A DNA stretch of 64,000 nucleotides from a bacterium (GCA_030648255.1 JAUSHZ010000007.1:24404-88403); one strand, 5' to 3'. Shown: positions 35,902 through 47,088, counted from the first letter of the stretch. Notes: generated from the sequence alone by a model not told the origin. Numbers and translations are program-made.

Positions 35902-35962
35902 TTACAGAAACTTTGAAAATTCTGCTGGCGAAACATTTATTTCCCGCAAAATTTGTCTTAAT
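35902..35962 (-). pseudogene. HicA-toxin C-terminal remnant (…LLRQILREINVSPAEFSKFL*)
   Basis: A 20-24 codon open frame directly after hicB. It resembles the HicA C-terminus (...ILKQAGIS.EEFLKLL). It has no start codon, and a stop lies 5 codons upstream. Confidence 0.35.
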
Positions 35963-36155
35963 AATTTAGGCTGTACTTAGGATTTGTTTTCGCTACTTCA
36001 AGGCAAAGCAAGATTGCTTCGCGAATTCTTTCTTTTAAATCCCCTAATGTTTTTGCTTGCGTATGACAACCAGGCAGGGCTGGCACAGAAGCCACGAAAT
36101 AGCCGTCTTCATCCTGCTCAATAATAATTTTATATTGATTGATTTTTTTAGCCAT
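35958..36155 (-). CDS. hicB: HicB-family (UPF0150) antitoxin
   Basis: 65 aa. ...DGYFVASVPALPGCHTQAKTLGDLKERIREAI is the hallmark of standalone HicB. Confidence 0.75.
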   Translation of the reverse strand: MAKKINQYKIIIEQDEDGYFVASVPALPGCHTQAKTLGDLKERIREAILLCLEVAKTNPKYSLNY

Positions 36156-36225
36156 AAGTTTATTTTTATGTTAGACAAAAAATTCCCCAAAGTCAAATTT
36201 TCCGCCAAAATACCATTAACTCATC

Positions 36226-36552
36226 TTAAACTCCCAAATCCCTTTTCTTCTCCTCAAATTCTTTTTTATCTATTTCACCTTTCGCGTATCGTTCTTTCAA
36301 AATCTCAAGCGGAGATTTTTCATGCGCGCCATCGCTATGGTTGTGTCCGCACATATGACCCTTTCCAGAACCTCCTCTTATTAAAGCTATAATCCCCCAA
36401 ATTATGAGGCCCCAAAAAACCAGCATAAAAATCCAACCGAATCCGCCAAAAGGCGTAAATCCAAAATTCATCATACCTTGCGCAAGGGAGAAAGTCGGCA
36501 AAACAAAACTTAAAATAAAAATAAAAGTTGTGATAAAAAATATTTTTTTCAT
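36226..36552 (-). CDS. SHOCT-domain membrane protein
   Basis: Signal/TM region followed by the C-terminal LEILKERYAKGEIDKKEFEEKKRDL. Confidence 0.55.
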   Translation of the reverse strand: MKKIFFITTFIFILSFVLPTFSLAQGMMNFGFTPFGGFGWIFMLVFWGLIIWGIIALIRGGSGKGHMCGHNHSDGAHEKSPLEILKERYAKGEIDKKEFEEKKRDLGV

Positions 36553-36562
36553 AAATTTATTG

Positions 36563-36955
36563 TTATCTAAACCACTCCTTTAAACTTTTTGGAATTTCCA
36601 ACAGATATAAAAGCGCCAACGGCGCGCCGATATTGGCAAATCGTTCTACAAAGTCCCAAATGGGTTCTCCGGCTATTGGCCGAATAAGCGCGGTGGCAAA
36701 TGCCCAAAACGTCATCCAGAGCAAAGCTATTCTAACTGGTTTTATCAGAATTAAAATGGCAAGGGCTATATCTAAAGCGCCGATAAGCGGTAAAAGAGTA
36801 ACGGCGGTATCCGCCGAAATGCCCACCGAAGTAAAATAAGGAATCCAGCCTTGCTTTGCTTGCAAGCCAAATACGCCATGGCCGATAAACTCGCCAGCCA
36901 CGGCTACCCGCAGAATCCATTCAATTTTTTTAGAGTTTTCCATATTTTTATTCAA
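36563..36955 (-). CDS. DoxX-like small membrane protein
   Basis: 130 aa with 3-4 TM helices. Confidence 0.4.
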   Translation of the reverse strand: MNKNMENSKKIEWILRVAVAGEFIGHGVFGLQAKQGWIPYFTSVGISADTAVTLLPLIGALDIALAILILIKPVRIALLWMTFWAFATALIRPIAGEPIWDFVERFANIGAPLALLYLLEIPKSLKEWFR

Positions 36956-37282
36956 TTAACCGAAAACTAAAACTTTATCCGAGTCCTCGACCATTTTTAG
37001 CAAGTCGGGCATCGTGGAAACAGGACACACCTTGCTTTCCTCTTTGCCACGAACTTTTAGACAAGTTCCGCAAGCATAAATTTCACCTTTTGACTCTTTA
37101 AACTCCGCCACTTTCATGGATATGTCAAAATTCTCGCTGTCTGGAATAATATCAAGTTCTGACCCCTCGTTCATTAAAAAAATTTTCACTTGATGGCTTG
37201 CTTTTAAAGCGGTAATTCCAAAACGAAATGTATTCCACACATGTTCAGGTTTATTTGATTGCAAGATAATACCGAGTTTCAT
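36956..37282 (-). CDS. DsrE/DsrF-like family protein
   Basis: 108 aa. The architecture MKLGIILQSNKPE...CGTC is DsrE-like. Confidence 0.45.
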   Translation of the reverse strand: MKLGIILQSNKPEHVWNTFRFGITALKASHQVKIFLMNEGSELDIIPDSENFDISMKVAEFKESKGEIYACGTCLKVRGKEESKVCPVSTMPDLLKMVEDSDKVLVFG

Positions 37283-37863
37283 AATTTAATATGTTGTTTT
37301 GATTCTTTTATAATTTTAACCGAAAAATATAAAACCAATCCAGCCATTCCCATTCCAACGATTATATCAGGCCACATAGAGTTGAAGTAGCCAACCAAAA
37401 TTCCAGCTCCAATAACGCTGATGTTTCCATACACATCATTTCTGGAGCAAATCCAGGCAGACTTCATATTTATGTTTTTATCTCTATATCTTGTTAGAAG
37501 GAAAAAACATACGACATTGGCTACAAGGGCCAAAATACCAATCAGCGTAATAGTTTGCGCCGATGGAACTACTGGATAAAACACTCTATAAAATGATTGC
37601 CAAAGAACATACAAACCTACTGTAAGCATTATAACACCTTTTATTAGAGACGCCCTCGCTTGGGTTTTATGGTTTTTAGATAAAACAAATAAACTAAGCC
37701 CGTACACAAACGCGTCCCCAAACATATCCAAAGAATCAGCGATCAATACATTAGAGTGAGCCACTATTCCGCTTGCCAATTCAGTAAAGAACATCCCGGC
37801 GTTGATAAAAAAAGCTACATAAAGCACCCACTTTATCCTCGGCTCTATATTACAGCAATCCAT
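37279..37863 (-). CDS. Cation diffusion facilitator family transporter, TMD only
   Basis: LIADSLDMFGDAFVYGLSL is a CDF signature. 194 aa with no cytoplasmic C-terminal domain. Confidence 0.6.
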   Translation of the reverse strand: MDCCNIEPRIKWVLYVAFFINAGMFFTELASGIVAHSNVLIADSLDMFGDAFVYGLSLFVLSKNHKTQARASLIKGVIMLTVGLYVLWQSFYRVFYPVVPSAQTITLIGILALVANVVCFFLLTRYRDKNINMKSAWICSRNDVYGNISVIGAGILVGYFNSMWPDIIVGMGMAGLVLYFSVKIIKESKQHIKL

Positions 37864-37867
37864 AATT

Positions 37868-38800
37868 TTAGAATATTATAAATTTTTTAATCTCGGTTCT
37901 GTAAACACGGTATGGCTTGGGCCCTACGAAAGCTTTGCCATTGATAAAAACTGTCGGGGTGCCATAGAGATGGGTTTTTTGCAGCTGTTCGAGCTGATAC
38001 TCTACTGCGTCAACGGTTTCTGAATTATTAAGGCATTGATTAATTTTATTTACATCAAACTCAAAATTATCCAAGATTCTTTCCATATAATCCTTGCCAT
38101 AAATTGCCACTTTATCTACTGTAAATAAATAATCGTTAAACTGCCAAAATCGTTCACCATATTCTTTATACACGCAATATCCAATCTCCGACAAGTAATT
38201 TGTGGTTTCTTTAGCGGGATAGTGGGCAAAAGTATAATTGGTTTTTTGTTCTTTCACTAATTTTTGAATATCGGGATATGCCTTTCGAGTATAGTCACAC
38301 TCATAACACCCTATTAAAACAACTGTATTTTTTGAACCGATATTTTTAGTTGGAAAACTTGATAAATCTACATTGTCAAGAGTTACATTTTCCTCTTTCT
38401 TTTCTACCTCCGGGCACTGAACGTTAATTTCAGTCACTTTATTGTTTTCGCCTTTTGGGTCAAAAGCGCAAAAACCGCTTTGGTTGAGGCCATTACAGCT
38501 GCCATAAAGATAATAATTATATCCGCCTTTTACCACCCAAAAAGTGCTGGCTACCATTAAGATAAGAAATGCCCAGGAAAAAACTTCAAAGTATTTATTG
38601 AAAATACGAGCGGCAAAAACAGACCTGTTTAACAGTCGGGCGACTAATTGACTTTTTATTTTTTCATTGAATCCGGTGTTGCACGGACGGAGTGTTACTC
38701 TTCTAAATACGCAGTCTAACGCCTCTTTAGCTAACACTCGGTGCGTAGCGCTGAAAATTCCGAGTATAGAAAATACAATCAAAGCTATAATACAAATCAT
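37868..38800 (-). CDS. Membrane-anchored DsbA-like thioredoxin-fold protein
   Basis: N-terminal TM helices. The C-terminal thioredoxin-like domain has CYEC. Confidence 0.5.
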   Translation of the reverse strand: MICIIALIVFSILGIFSATHRVLAKEALDCVFRRVTLRPCNTGFNEKIKSQLVARLLNRSVFAARIFNKYFEVFSWAFLILMVASTFWVVKGGYNYYLYGSCNGLNQSGFCAFDPKGENNKVTEINVQCPEVEKKEENVTLDNVDLSSFPTKNIGSKNTVVLIGCYECDYTRKAYPDIQKLVKEQKTNYTFAHYPAKETTNYLSEIGYCVYKEYGERFWQFNDYLFTVDKVAIYGKDYMERILDNFEFDVNKINQCLNNSETVDAVEYQLEQLQKTHLYGTPTVFINGKAFVGPKPYRVYRTEIKKFIIF

Positions 38801-40005
38801 AATATTTTAATTATTTTATTGAATGTTTCAATAAAAATTTTTGCCTCATCCATAGTATTATAAAAATACAAAGACACCCGAGCAGAATTTTTAATCTTTC
38901 TATCATTAAACCAAGAATGGACGCAATGCTGGCCAGACCTAATCATTACATTGGACATCTCATCTAGTATTAAAGTGGTCTGGTGCATATCCGTACCATC
39001 AATATAAAAAGAAATAATGCCCGACCTTAAAGCCGAATCGCTAGGGCCAATGATTTTAATTTTTGGAAATTTGCTTATTTCTTCGGTAATATAGCGATTT
39101 AGTTTCAACTCCTGCTCTCTTATATTATCAAATCCTATGGCTTCAAGGTACTTAATCGCCTCGCCAAGCCCTATAATTCCAGCGTAATCCTGAAGTCCGG
39201 CCTCAAATTTTTCTGGCGATTGCAACATTTTGTGGTCAGTATAAGTAGAATATTCTACTGTGTCTCCCCCAACCATAAATGGTTCTAATTTTTCAAGTAA
39301 GTTATATTTTCCATAAAAAACACCTGTGCCAGTCGGCCCCAACATTTTATGCCCAGAAAAAGCCATAAAATCAACATCTAAATCCCTTACATCAATTTTT
39401 TTATGCGGAGCGCTTTGCGCCGCATCCAAAAATACTAAAGCGCCATTTTCGTGGGCAATTTTAATAATTTCTTTAGCTGGAATTGTCGCGCCATCTAAAT
39501 TTGAAGTGTGAACCATTGACACCAATTTTACCCCCCTTACCAATTCTTTGTACTTTTCAAAATTAAAAACACTGTCGTCGTTTGATTTGACTATCTCATG
39601 ACGAATTCCTTTCTTCTTAATCAATACTTGCCACGGAATCAAATTGGAATTGTGCTCCTTGTCGGTAGTTAAAACCAAGTCCCCGTTTCTTAGATCTAAT
39701 GAGTTGGCTAACAAATTGATTCCTTCGGTGGTGTTTCTCGTAAAAACGATTTCTTGTTCGTCAGCGTTAATAAACCTGGCAACTGCCTGTCTCGCTCCTT
39801 TTATTTTCTTTGTAACCAATTCGCCTAGACGATGCGAACTTCTACCCGCACACGCTGGAAATTCAAAATAATATTCGTTCATCGCTTCAATAACCTGCCT
39901 CGGCTTCAAGCTCATACAAGAACTGTCAAAATAAATTATCTTTTTATCATTTATCTGCTTACTCAATAATGGAAAATCATTTTTAATTTTTTCGTAATTT
40001 AACAT
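38797..40005 (-). CDS. Cysteine desulfurase (class V aminotransferase, SufS/NifS-like)
   Basis: 402 aa with a SGHK PLP-lysine motif. Confidence 0.8.
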   Translation of the reverse strand: MLNYEKIKNDFPLLSKQINDKKIIYFDSSCMSLKPRQVIEAMNEYYFEFPACAGRSSHRLGELVTKKIKGARQAVARFINADEQEIVFTRNTTEGINLLANSLDLRNGDLVLTTDKEHNSNLIPWQVLIKKKGIRHEIVKSNDDSVFNFEKYKELVRGVKLVSMVHTSNLDGATIPAKEIIKIAHENGALVFLDAAQSAPHKKIDVRDLDVDFMAFSGHKMLGPTGTGVFYGKYNLLEKLEPFMVGGDTVEYSTYTDHKMLQSPEKFEAGLQDYAGIIGLGEAIKYLEAIGFDNIREQELKLNRYITEEISKFPKIKIIGPSDSALRSGIISFYIDGTDMHQTTLILDEMSNVMIRSGQHCVHSWFNDRKIKNSARVSLYFYNTMDEAKIFIETFNKIIKIL

Positions 40006-40017
40006 TTTTTACAGGAT

Positions 40018-42660
40018 TTAGCTCATTTTGCTCAAGCGAGCGAAGAGAAAGAAAATTAAAGTGAATATTATGGCCATGGCAAACGGGGCTACACTAGAAA
40101 GCCAGTTGCGTTTGTTTGGCTTAAAGCCACGCAAAAATAATGAATTAGAAACCACCGAAACCGAGCTCAAAGCCATAGCCAGGCCTGCCAATTCGGGTTT
40201 TAAAACAATGCCCAGCCCCACCAAAACTCGAGCCGCAATTGGAATGCCCATTACATTATAAAACAAAGCAAAAAACATATTTTGTTTTATTTTGCTCATT
40301 GTTTCTTTGCTTAACTGTATGGCAGTTAACACATCTCGCAAATCATCTTTGATTATCACAATGCCCCCTGCCTCCATTGCCACGTCTGTGCCACTGCCCA
40401 TAGCAATGCCCAAATCCGCTTGGGCTAAAGCTGGAGCGTCATTTATGCCATCTCCCACCATTGCCACTTTAATACCTGTATCTTGCAATTTTTTAATTTC
40501 ATTGGCTTTATCTTGAGGCAGAACTTCAGCTAAAACATTTTTTATGCCAGCCTGTTTAGCGATAGCTTGGGCTGTTCTTTGATTGTCCCCTGTTATCATA
40601 TAAACGGCTATGCCTCTTTTTTGTAATAAAGAAACTGTTTCTGCTGATGTTTCTTTAATAGTGTCAGCCACCGCCACCAATCCCAAAATTTCCTGGCTTG
40701 AAGCCAAGATCATTACGGTCTTTCCTTCTTCTTCTAAGCGTTTCATCTTTCTTTCGATGCCTTCCACTTTAAAGCCAGCGATATCCATAATTAACTTACG
40801 ATTGCCCAAATAATATTTATTAGCATTGATAACTCCCTCAACACCATGCCCGGGAATTGCTTTAAAATTACTTGCTTCTTTTATAGTAATTGCCTCTTCT
40901 CCTGCGTATTTAACAATGGCTTCAGCTAATGGATGTTCGGATAATTTTTCCAAGCTTGCTGCTATAGCGATAACTTCGTCTTCGTCAATTGAGGTAACTC
41001 CAACAATATCTGTAACCTCTGGCTTGCCTTTAGTTAAAGTGCCTGTTTTATCAAAGACAATCGCCCTTACTTTACAAGCCGCTTCCAATGGCTCCCCTCC
41101 TTTAATTAAAATACCGCTTTCAGCGCCCTTGCCAGTTCCTACCATAATAGCGGTTGGCGTGGCTAATCCCAAAGCACAAGGGCAGGCAATAACAATTACC
41201 GAAGTAAATGCCATTAAAGCAAAACTCAAGCTAGAACCTAATATAAAAAACCAAATTAAAAATGTTAAAACAGATATTCCCAAAACAATAGGCACAAACT
41301 TAGCGGAAATTTTATCAGCCACCGCCTGAATAGGGGCTTTAGAGCCTTGGGCGTCTTCAATTAAGCGGATAATTTGCGCTAACGCAGTTTCTTTGCCAAC
41401 TTTAGTGGCTTTAAATTCAAAACTGCCATTTTTGTTAATAGTGGCGCCAATAACCATATCCCCAATATTTTTTTCTTTGGGAATGCTCTCCCCTGTTAGC
41501 ATTGACTCGTCCACCGATGACTGGCCTTTAACAATAACACCGTCAACTGGAATTTTTTCACCCGGCCGAACCACCACAATATCCCCTGCCATTACTTGGT
41601 CCACTGGAATATCAACTGTTGAACTGCCACGAGTCACTCGAGCTGTTTTTGGCTGCAAGCCAACCAGCTTTTTAATGGCTTGAGAAGTTCTGCCTTTGGC
41701 TTTTGCCTCAAGAAACTTTCCTAAAGAAACAAAAGTAATTAAAAAAGCGGCTGTTTCAAAATAGAGTTCTGGTATTTTGGCGCCAGCCAATCCGATTACA
41801 GAATTATTTACAACAATATAATTAATAAACTGCCACAAGCTATAGAAAAAAGCGGTGCTGGTGCCAATGGCAATCAAACTATCCATATTAAAGGTTTTCA
41901 TTTTCAGCCCGCTCCAAAACCCTTTGTAAAATCCCTTGCCAATAATAAACTGGACAGGCAAAGTTAAAATTAAAGAAATAATGCCAATGTAGGGTAAAAA
42001 AGCAACGCCTCCCGGTAAGAACTTAAAAAAGTCCAAGAACATAAAGTAAAGCATTGGGGCAGACAACACTGCTCCCCAGATAAATTTCCTCCACAATGAT
42101 TTTATATGCTTTTCTTTGTTAGCGCTTTCTTCCTCTGTGTTTGCCTCCTCGTGTACAGATGCTTTATAGCCAGCTTTATTAACAGCAGAAATTAAATTTT
42201 CAACTGAAGAAACCGAGCTATCAAAAATAACCCGGGCTTTTTCCGCGGCAAAGTTAACCGAAGCGGTTTTAACCCCAGGCGTTTTTTTAATTGCTCTTTC
42301 AATAATACCTGCGCACGAAGCGCAATGCATTCCGCCTAAAATTAAGCTAATATGTTCTTCTCCTTTGCTTTTTGTTGAAGAGGAATCTGGCAATGAGTCG
42401 TGATGGGGCATTTGAGGTGGCTGCAGAACAACCCCAGAGCTAATATTTTGGGTTGATTTAACATCCCCAGAAAAAATACTGAACAACTGGCTAATTTTTG
42501 AAGAGTGAATTAAATTTTCAACAATTTTATCAATGTCTTCTCGGCCTTGGGGCACCTCAAACTCGCCTTTTTTATAATGCTTAACCTTACCTTCAAAATT
42601 TGGAATGTCATTTTTAGAAGAAAAGCTACCTTCTGCTTCCACCATTGACTCCACCTTCAT
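40018..42660 (-). CDS. copA: Copper-translocating P1B-type ATPase
   Basis: HMA domain [25 protein letters not shown]. The likely start MKVESM (cat 42658-42660) avoids overlap with the upstream copZ. The longer six-frame ORF reaches 42765. Confidence 0.9.
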   Translation of the reverse strand: MKVESMVEAEGSFSSKNDIPNFEGKVKHYKKGEFEVPQGREDIDKIVENLIHSSKISQLFSIFSGDVKSTQNISSGVVLQPPQMPHHDSLPDSSSTKSKGEEHISLILGGMHCASCAGIIERAIKKTPGVKTASVNFAAEKARVIFDSSVSSVENLISAVNKAGYKASVHEEANTEEESANKEKHIKSLWRKFIWGAVLSAPMLYFMFLDFFKFLPGGVAFLPYIGIISLILTLPVQFIIGKGFYKGFWSGLKMKTFNMDSLIAIGTSTAFFYSLWQFINYIVVNNSVIGLAGAKIPELYFETAAFLITFVSLGKFLEAKAKGRTSQAIKKLVGLQPKTARVTRGSSTVDIPVDQVMAGDIVVVRPGEKIPVDGVIVKGQSSVDESMLTGESIPKEKNIGDMVIGATINKNGSFEFKATKVGKETALAQIIRLIEDAQGSKAPIQAVADKISAKFVPIVLGISVLTFLIWFFILGSSLSFALMAFTSVIVIACPCALGLATPTAIMVGTGKGAESGILIKGGEPLEAACKVRAIVFDKTGTLTKGKPEVTDIVGVTSIDEDEVIAIAASLEKLSEHPLAEAIVKYAGEEAITIKEASNFKAIPGHGVEGVINANKYYLGNRKLIMDIAGFKVEGIERKMKRLEEEGKTVMILASSQEILGLVAVADTIKETSAETVSLLQKRGIAVYMITGDNQRTAQAIAKQAGIKNVLAEVLPQDKANEIKKLQDTGIKVAMVGDGINDAPALAQADLGIAMGSGTDVAMEAGGIVIIKDDLRDVLTAIQLSKETMSKIKQNMFFALFYNVMGIPIAARVLVGLGIVLKPELAGLAMALSSVSVVSNSLFLRGFKPNKRNWLSSVAPFAMAIIFTLIFFLFARLSKMS

Positions 42661-42676
42661 TTTAAAAGGCGCGTCG

Positions 42677-42970
42677 CTATTTACCGTTTTTTTTTTCCAG
42701 AGAAATTTGCGACTCTTCATTGGCGCTGTTATTGCTATTGTTTTGATTGCCCTCTTCGTTGGCAATCTCTGCTTTATAGCCAGCTTTTTCTATTGTCTGT
42801 AAAACAGCTTGCTCGCTAACAAGACCGCTGTCTATTTCTAATTCCCCAACTCCAGATGTAGAATCTATTTTTATATTGCTTACCCCTGGCAATTCGCCAA
42901 GCTCCATAGTGATAATTTTTTCACAAGAAGCGCAGTGCATACCGCTAATTTTTAGAATTATTTTTTTCAT
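42677..42970 (-). CDS. copZ: Copper chaperone (HMA domain)
   Basis: [13 protein letters not shown] over 97 aa. Confidence 0.8.
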   Translation of the reverse strand: MKKIILKISGMHCASCEKIITMELGELPGVSNIKIDSTSGVGELEIDSGLVSEQAVLQTIEKAGYKAEIANEEGNQNNSNNSANEESQISLEKKNGK

Positions 42971-42983
42971 AAATTTTTTTTGT

Positions 42984-43211
42984 TTAAATCCATATCTTAA
43001 AATTTTGACCCAAAACCGCTAAAGCAAAATGAACGAGAAAGAACACTACTGCCAAATAAATAATCTTTTTGTGGTATTTTTGGGCTAAATTGAAAAATTT
43101 ATTTCTCGCCAGCCGTAAATTGCAACAGCAGCCCAAAAAGCTAAGAACGAAAAATATGCCTGTTAGCATGCCCGACCAATAAACCAAGCTTTTATCAAAG
43201 ATTGTTATCAT
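42984..43211 (-). CDS. Small membrane protein
   Basis: 75 aa with 2 TM helices. Confidence 0.35.
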   Translation of the reverse strand: MITIFDKSLVYWSGMLTGIFFVLSFLGCCCNLRLARNKFFNLAQKYHKKIIYLAVVFFLVHFALAVLGQNFKIWI

Positions 43212-43215
43212 TGCA

Positions 43216-43644
43216 TTATTTCACTATCAACTTGCCTTGCATGGCTCTATGCCCTTCCCCGCACATATTAGTACAGTACCAAGAAAATTCTCCAACCTGG
43301 TCTGCTGTAAATTCTAATACTTCATTACCGCTTATTCCCAAGTCCGGAATTCTCATCCCATGAAGGACATCTGTATTCTCTATATTAATTTTTATTTTTT
43401 CGCCCTTTGTTGCATTAATAACATTTGGCTCATAGCCAAACCGAAACGCTTTTATACTTACCTCTCTTGGTGGCTGTTCTTTTCCTTTTTGAACTTCTTG
43501 TTGAACTTCTACCGGCTTTTTTTCTAAAGCCAAGTTAGTATTGGCTGTCTTGGGGATATTTCCTTTTAAAAGTGATAAAAATGCTATTCCACCTATAAAA
43601 ATAATTCCCACCACAGCTGAAATAATTTTTTGATTTTTTGTCAT
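43216..43644 (-). CDS. Cupredoxin-domain protein (type-1 copper site H...C...H...M)
   Basis: C-terminal ...HGMRIPDLG...YCTNMCGEGHRAMQG. Confidence 0.65.
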   Translation of the reverse strand: MTKNQKIISAVVGIIFIGGIAFLSLLKGNIPKTANTNLALEKKPVEVQQEVQKGKEQPPREVSIKAFRFGYEPNVINATKGEKIKINIENTDVLHGMRIPDLGISGNEVLEFTADQVGEFSWYCTNMCGEGHRAMQGKLIVK

Positions 43645-43670
43645 ATGTTTTTTTTCTTTAAATGATTTGA

Positions 43671-44504
43671 TTAAAAAAGATTAGAAACTTGCTCAATATC
43701 GGCCTGTTCTATAATTATTTTACCATCTTGTAATTGTAAATTGGGGTTTATTGGCCCGGGATTGCACCCGCCCTTTTCTGTGGCGATTTTTTCTATAGGA
43801 TAGCGATTGCCACAATTATTGCAAACAATTTCATCTCCTTCTTGGCGGAATCCTTTTCGCTCTCCGAAACAAACTTGGCAAGCATCTGCGGCGGCTCGAT
43901 AAACTCCTTTCTTATCCTTAATCACAAAAAAACGAACTATCTTCCCATCAGGCATCTCCACATTATAAAAACGAGCTTTGTTATCATTAAATTGCGTGGC
44001 TTCCAACCTAATTTCTTTGTTCTCAAAAACCACTTTTTCGCCCTTTTGGCCAAAAAAAGATTTTTCTGTTTGAACTTGAACTGCAGGCAAAGAAACAGAT
44101 GTGGAGGACGGTTGATTTTCAGCTTGATAGCCATCGCCTACCGGGCAAGAAAGCAATTCTTTTATTTCATCAAAAGTTCTGTAGCCCTCATAAACTTTTT
44201 CATTAATAATAAAAGTGGGCACCCCTGTAAACTTATAGCGAACAGGGCCCACAGAGGCATTTATTTTATTTATCTTAATGCCTAACCCCTCTATTTTCTC
44301 CAATGTGCCCTCTGATTTTACTTTATTACACCATTCACAGCCGTCAAGATAGTAAAAAGTTATTTCTTTAATTGCGCAAATAGAAGAAGCATTGCCTCCT
44401 TGTTTTCCCTGCTCTCCTGGCTTGGCAAAAAGAAAATAACCAGCCATAGCAACTGCCACAGCCACAATAATAATGCTAATAATAAAATTTCGTTTTATTT
44501 TCAT
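43671..44504 (-). CDS. Thioredoxin-like (CEWC) + C-terminal 4-Cys domain membrane-anchored protein
   Basis: YYLDGCEWC is thioredoxin-like. The C-terminus carries CQVC...CNNC. Confidence 0.45.
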   Translation of the reverse strand: MKIKRNFIISIIIVAVAVAMAGYFLFAKPGEQGKQGGNASSICAIKEITFYYLDGCEWCNKVKSEGTLEKIEGLGIKINKINASVGPVRYKFTGVPTFIINEKVYEGYRTFDEIKELLSCPVGDGYQAENQPSSTSVSLPAVQVQTEKSFFGQKGEKVVFENKEIRLEATQFNDNKARFYNVEMPDGKIVRFFVIKDKKGVYRAAADACQVCFGERKGFRQEGDEIVCNNCGNRYPIEKIATEKGGCNPGPINPNLQLQDGKIIIEQADIEQVSNLF

Positions 44505-44507
44505 AAA

Positions 44508-45482
44508 TTATTTCAACAAACTATCAATGGCTTCTTTAAAGGTGGCGTAAGGCAATGCTCCGCTAATTAACTGACCATTTATAAAAGTAGCTGGCGTGCC
44601 ATCCACTCCTTTTTCTTGGCCTTCTTTGGCATCGGCTTGAACTTTTTGAGCGTATTTTCCAGAATCAAGACAGTTATTAAACTGGCTACTCTTTAAGCCC
44701 AAATCACTGGCCCATTTTTTGAAATTTTCAACGCTATAACTGCTCTGGTTTTCGAATAGTTTATCGTGATATTCCCAAAAGCCGTCTTGTTCGCTAGCAC
44801 ACTCTGACGCTTCAGCCGCTTTTTGAGCGTATTGATGAAAACCCAAAGGAAAATGCTTATAAACCAACCTTATTTCTTTTGGATATTCTTTTTGTAACTG
44901 CTTTAAAGTTTGATATTGCTTTTCGCAAAATGGACACTGAAAATCAGAAAATTCCACCAAAGTAATATTAGCATTTGAGTTGCCTCTAATATGGTCGTCT
45001 TTGGTAATAGTAAAGGTTTGTACTGTTTGGGCGTCTTGAATGATGCCCGCATCTTGAGCTTGTTTTTGAGGTAGATTGTTATTTTTTGCAGAATCCGCTT
45101 TTGCTTGCAAAGATGATTGCTTATACGAAACGCTAAAAAATATATTTAATAACAAAAAAACAGCTACCCCGCCCGCTAAAAGCCCTTTTAAAAAGGACTT
45201 GGAAAAAGTAGGCGTTGCATTTTGACCATCTGCTTTATCTTGGCCATCGCTATCGCCAAGTTCTTGGGCTTGATAATCTCCCGCTTTTTTAACAGCGTCA
45301 AAAATGCCTTGCTTTTGTATTTTTGTTTTATCATACATAACCAAGCCGGAATTGGATTCAAAATCAACTTTGGCCTCAATAACTCCATGCTGTTCTTTCA
45401 ATTCTTTAGTAATTAATTGAACGCAAGCATTACAGCTCATTCCTCTTATTTTAAAATTTATTTTATTCATATGATTTAGCAA
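44508..45482 (-). CDS. HMA-domain + DsbA-like thiol:disulfide oxidoreductase fusion
   Basis: N-terminal HMA motif GMSCNAC. The C-terminal thioredoxin fold has FQCPFC. Confidence 0.6.
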   Translation of the reverse strand: MLNHMNKINFKIRGMSCNACVQLITKELKEQHGVIEAKVDFESNSGLVMYDKTKIQKQGIFDAVKKAGDYQAQELGDSDGQDKADGQNATPTFSKSFLKGLLAGGVAVFLLLNIFFSVSYKQSSLQAKADSAKNNNLPQKQAQDAGIIQDAQTVQTFTITKDDHIRGNSNANITLVEFSDFQCPFCEKQYQTLKQLQKEYPKEIRLVYKHFPLGFHQYAQKAAEASECASEQDGFWEYHDKLFENQSSYSVENFKKWASDLGLKSSQFNNCLDSGKYAQKVQADAKEGQEKGVDGTPATFINGQLISGALPYATFKEAIDSLLK

Positions 45483-45494
45483 TATAACCTTGAT

Positions 45495-47045
45495 TTATTT
45501 CCCGCCACAGCTACTACCACCTCCCCCCCCACAGCCACAGCCCTTAGCCCCAGACGGGACAACATCCGTATTATTTACAGCGATATTAGCATTACCGCTA
45601 TTTCCGCTTGGAGCTGAATTTACATCCACCACCTCCATAATCCCCGAAACCATTCCCATCCAGCAGGAAAATTTAAACTTTCCTGTTTTTTTAGGCGTAA
45701 ACTCTTTAACACTGGTTTGCCCGGGAGTTAAACCAATCTGCCCGCTAAATAAACTATTAGAGATAACCGCATTAGTACAACCGCTTGTGCCTTTGTCAGT
45801 AATTTCCCATCTAACTGGCACGCCAACCCTTACTTTAAAATAATTAGGACTATACCCCGAAGAAGAAGCGTCCATCTTTATCACCTGCTTGCCATCTACA
45901 ATTGCCGGCAAGCCCTCTTCGTTATTGCTATTATTATTTTGAGTTTTGTTGCTTGCTGATTGAGTTGTCTTGCCAAGAAAATCGCCAATACCCGAATAGC
46001 CCAAAACATTCATTTGGTTATTGGCATTAAATAGGGCAAAAAATAGAACCACCACTCCAGCTGTTTTCAAAAACCTTTCTGATAACTTCCTATTGTTTAC
46101 AAGCTTAGCGCTAGAAAGCCCAATAAACAACAAAACCGGCAAAGTTCCCAAAGCAAAGGCCAACATAATTAAACTGCCTTGTAAAAAACTCCCGGAAATT
46201 AAAGCCAAGCCCTGCGCGGTTATAGTGAACCCGCAAGGCAAAAAGAAAGTTAAAGCGCCCATTACAAGAGGCATATATTTGCCCTTAAAATTTTTCTCGT
46301 TAGCCACATAGCGAGTCATTGACTTTGGCATAGTTATCTGGAAACGCTGAAAAGCCTTAACCCCTATCATTTGCAAAGCCAAAAATAGCATTAAAACCGA
46401 AACCCCTAAAACCAAAAGAGCCGAAAAGCTGGGCGATAATTGCAGCTTGCTTCCAATAGCGCCTAATATGCCTCCCAATAAAGCGTACGAAACTAAACGG
46501 CCAGCATTAAACATTAAATGAGGAGTTGATTTTTGCTTGTTGCTTCCGCCTGCGTAGGCCTCATTCCATTGTTTGGACATAGAAAGCACTAAACCCCCAA
46601 CCAAGGCCGCACAAGTAGAAAGCCCAGCCAACAGCCCAAATAGCATAAAAGCTGGCAAGGAAGATTTCTCGCCCACATTAACCCATCTTGAAAGCCCTAA
46701 TTTATTTAAAAATAGAAACCCTAAAAATACGAACGCCCCTATCACAACAGCCATGATAATATTATAAGAGCTGTTAGAATTTTTTTCTTCCTCGCCACGC
46801 CGAACCCCCGCAGGGACGGAGACGGTTTTTTCTTTTTCCGAAAAAATATAACCGTCTTTTTCAAATAGCTTATTCAAATGATGGGCAGAGGGCTTTTCGC
46901 CTGTATATTCAACTAAAACCTCGCCCCTTTGGTTTGATGCCTCCACTGCTTCTATGTTTTTTTCTTCAAGTAATTTTTTCTCAATTAAAATTTCACAGCT
47001 CGCACAATGAGTTCCCTTAACGAAATATTTTTGTTCTTTTATCAT
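45495..47045 (-). CDS. HMA + CcdA/DsbD-like transmembrane + cupredoxin-like fusion with Cys/Gly-rich tail
   Basis: HMA motif GTHCASC. Six-TM CcdA-like core. The C-terminus is ...KGCGCGGGGGSSCGGK. Confidence 0.55.
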   Translation of the reverse strand: MIKEQKYFVKGTHCASCEILIEKKLLEEKNIEAVEASNQRGEVLVEYTGEKPSAHHLNKLFEKDGYIFSEKEKTVSVPAGVRRGEEEKNSNSSYNIIMAVVIGAFVFLGFLFLNKLGLSRWVNVGEKSSLPAFMLFGLLAGLSTCAALVGGLVLSMSKQWNEAYAGGSNKQKSTPHLMFNAGRLVSYALLGGILGAIGSKLQLSPSFSALLVLGVSVLMLFLALQMIGVKAFQRFQITMPKSMTRYVANEKNFKGKYMPLVMGALTFFLPCGFTITAQGLALISGSFLQGSLIMLAFALGTLPVLLFIGLSSAKLVNNRKLSERFLKTAGVVVLFFALFNANNQMNVLGYSGIGDFLGKTTQSASNKTQNNNSNNEEGLPAIVDGKQVIKMDASSSGYSPNYFKVRVGVPVRWEITDKGTSGCTNAVISNSLFSGQIGLTPGQTSVKEFTPKKTGKFKFSCWMGMVSGIMEVVDVNSAPSGNSGNANIAVNNTDVVPSGAKGCGCGGGGGSSCGGK

Positions 47046-47088
47046 ATGTTTTTAGCTTTAATAACATTATTACAACCAAAAACAAATT

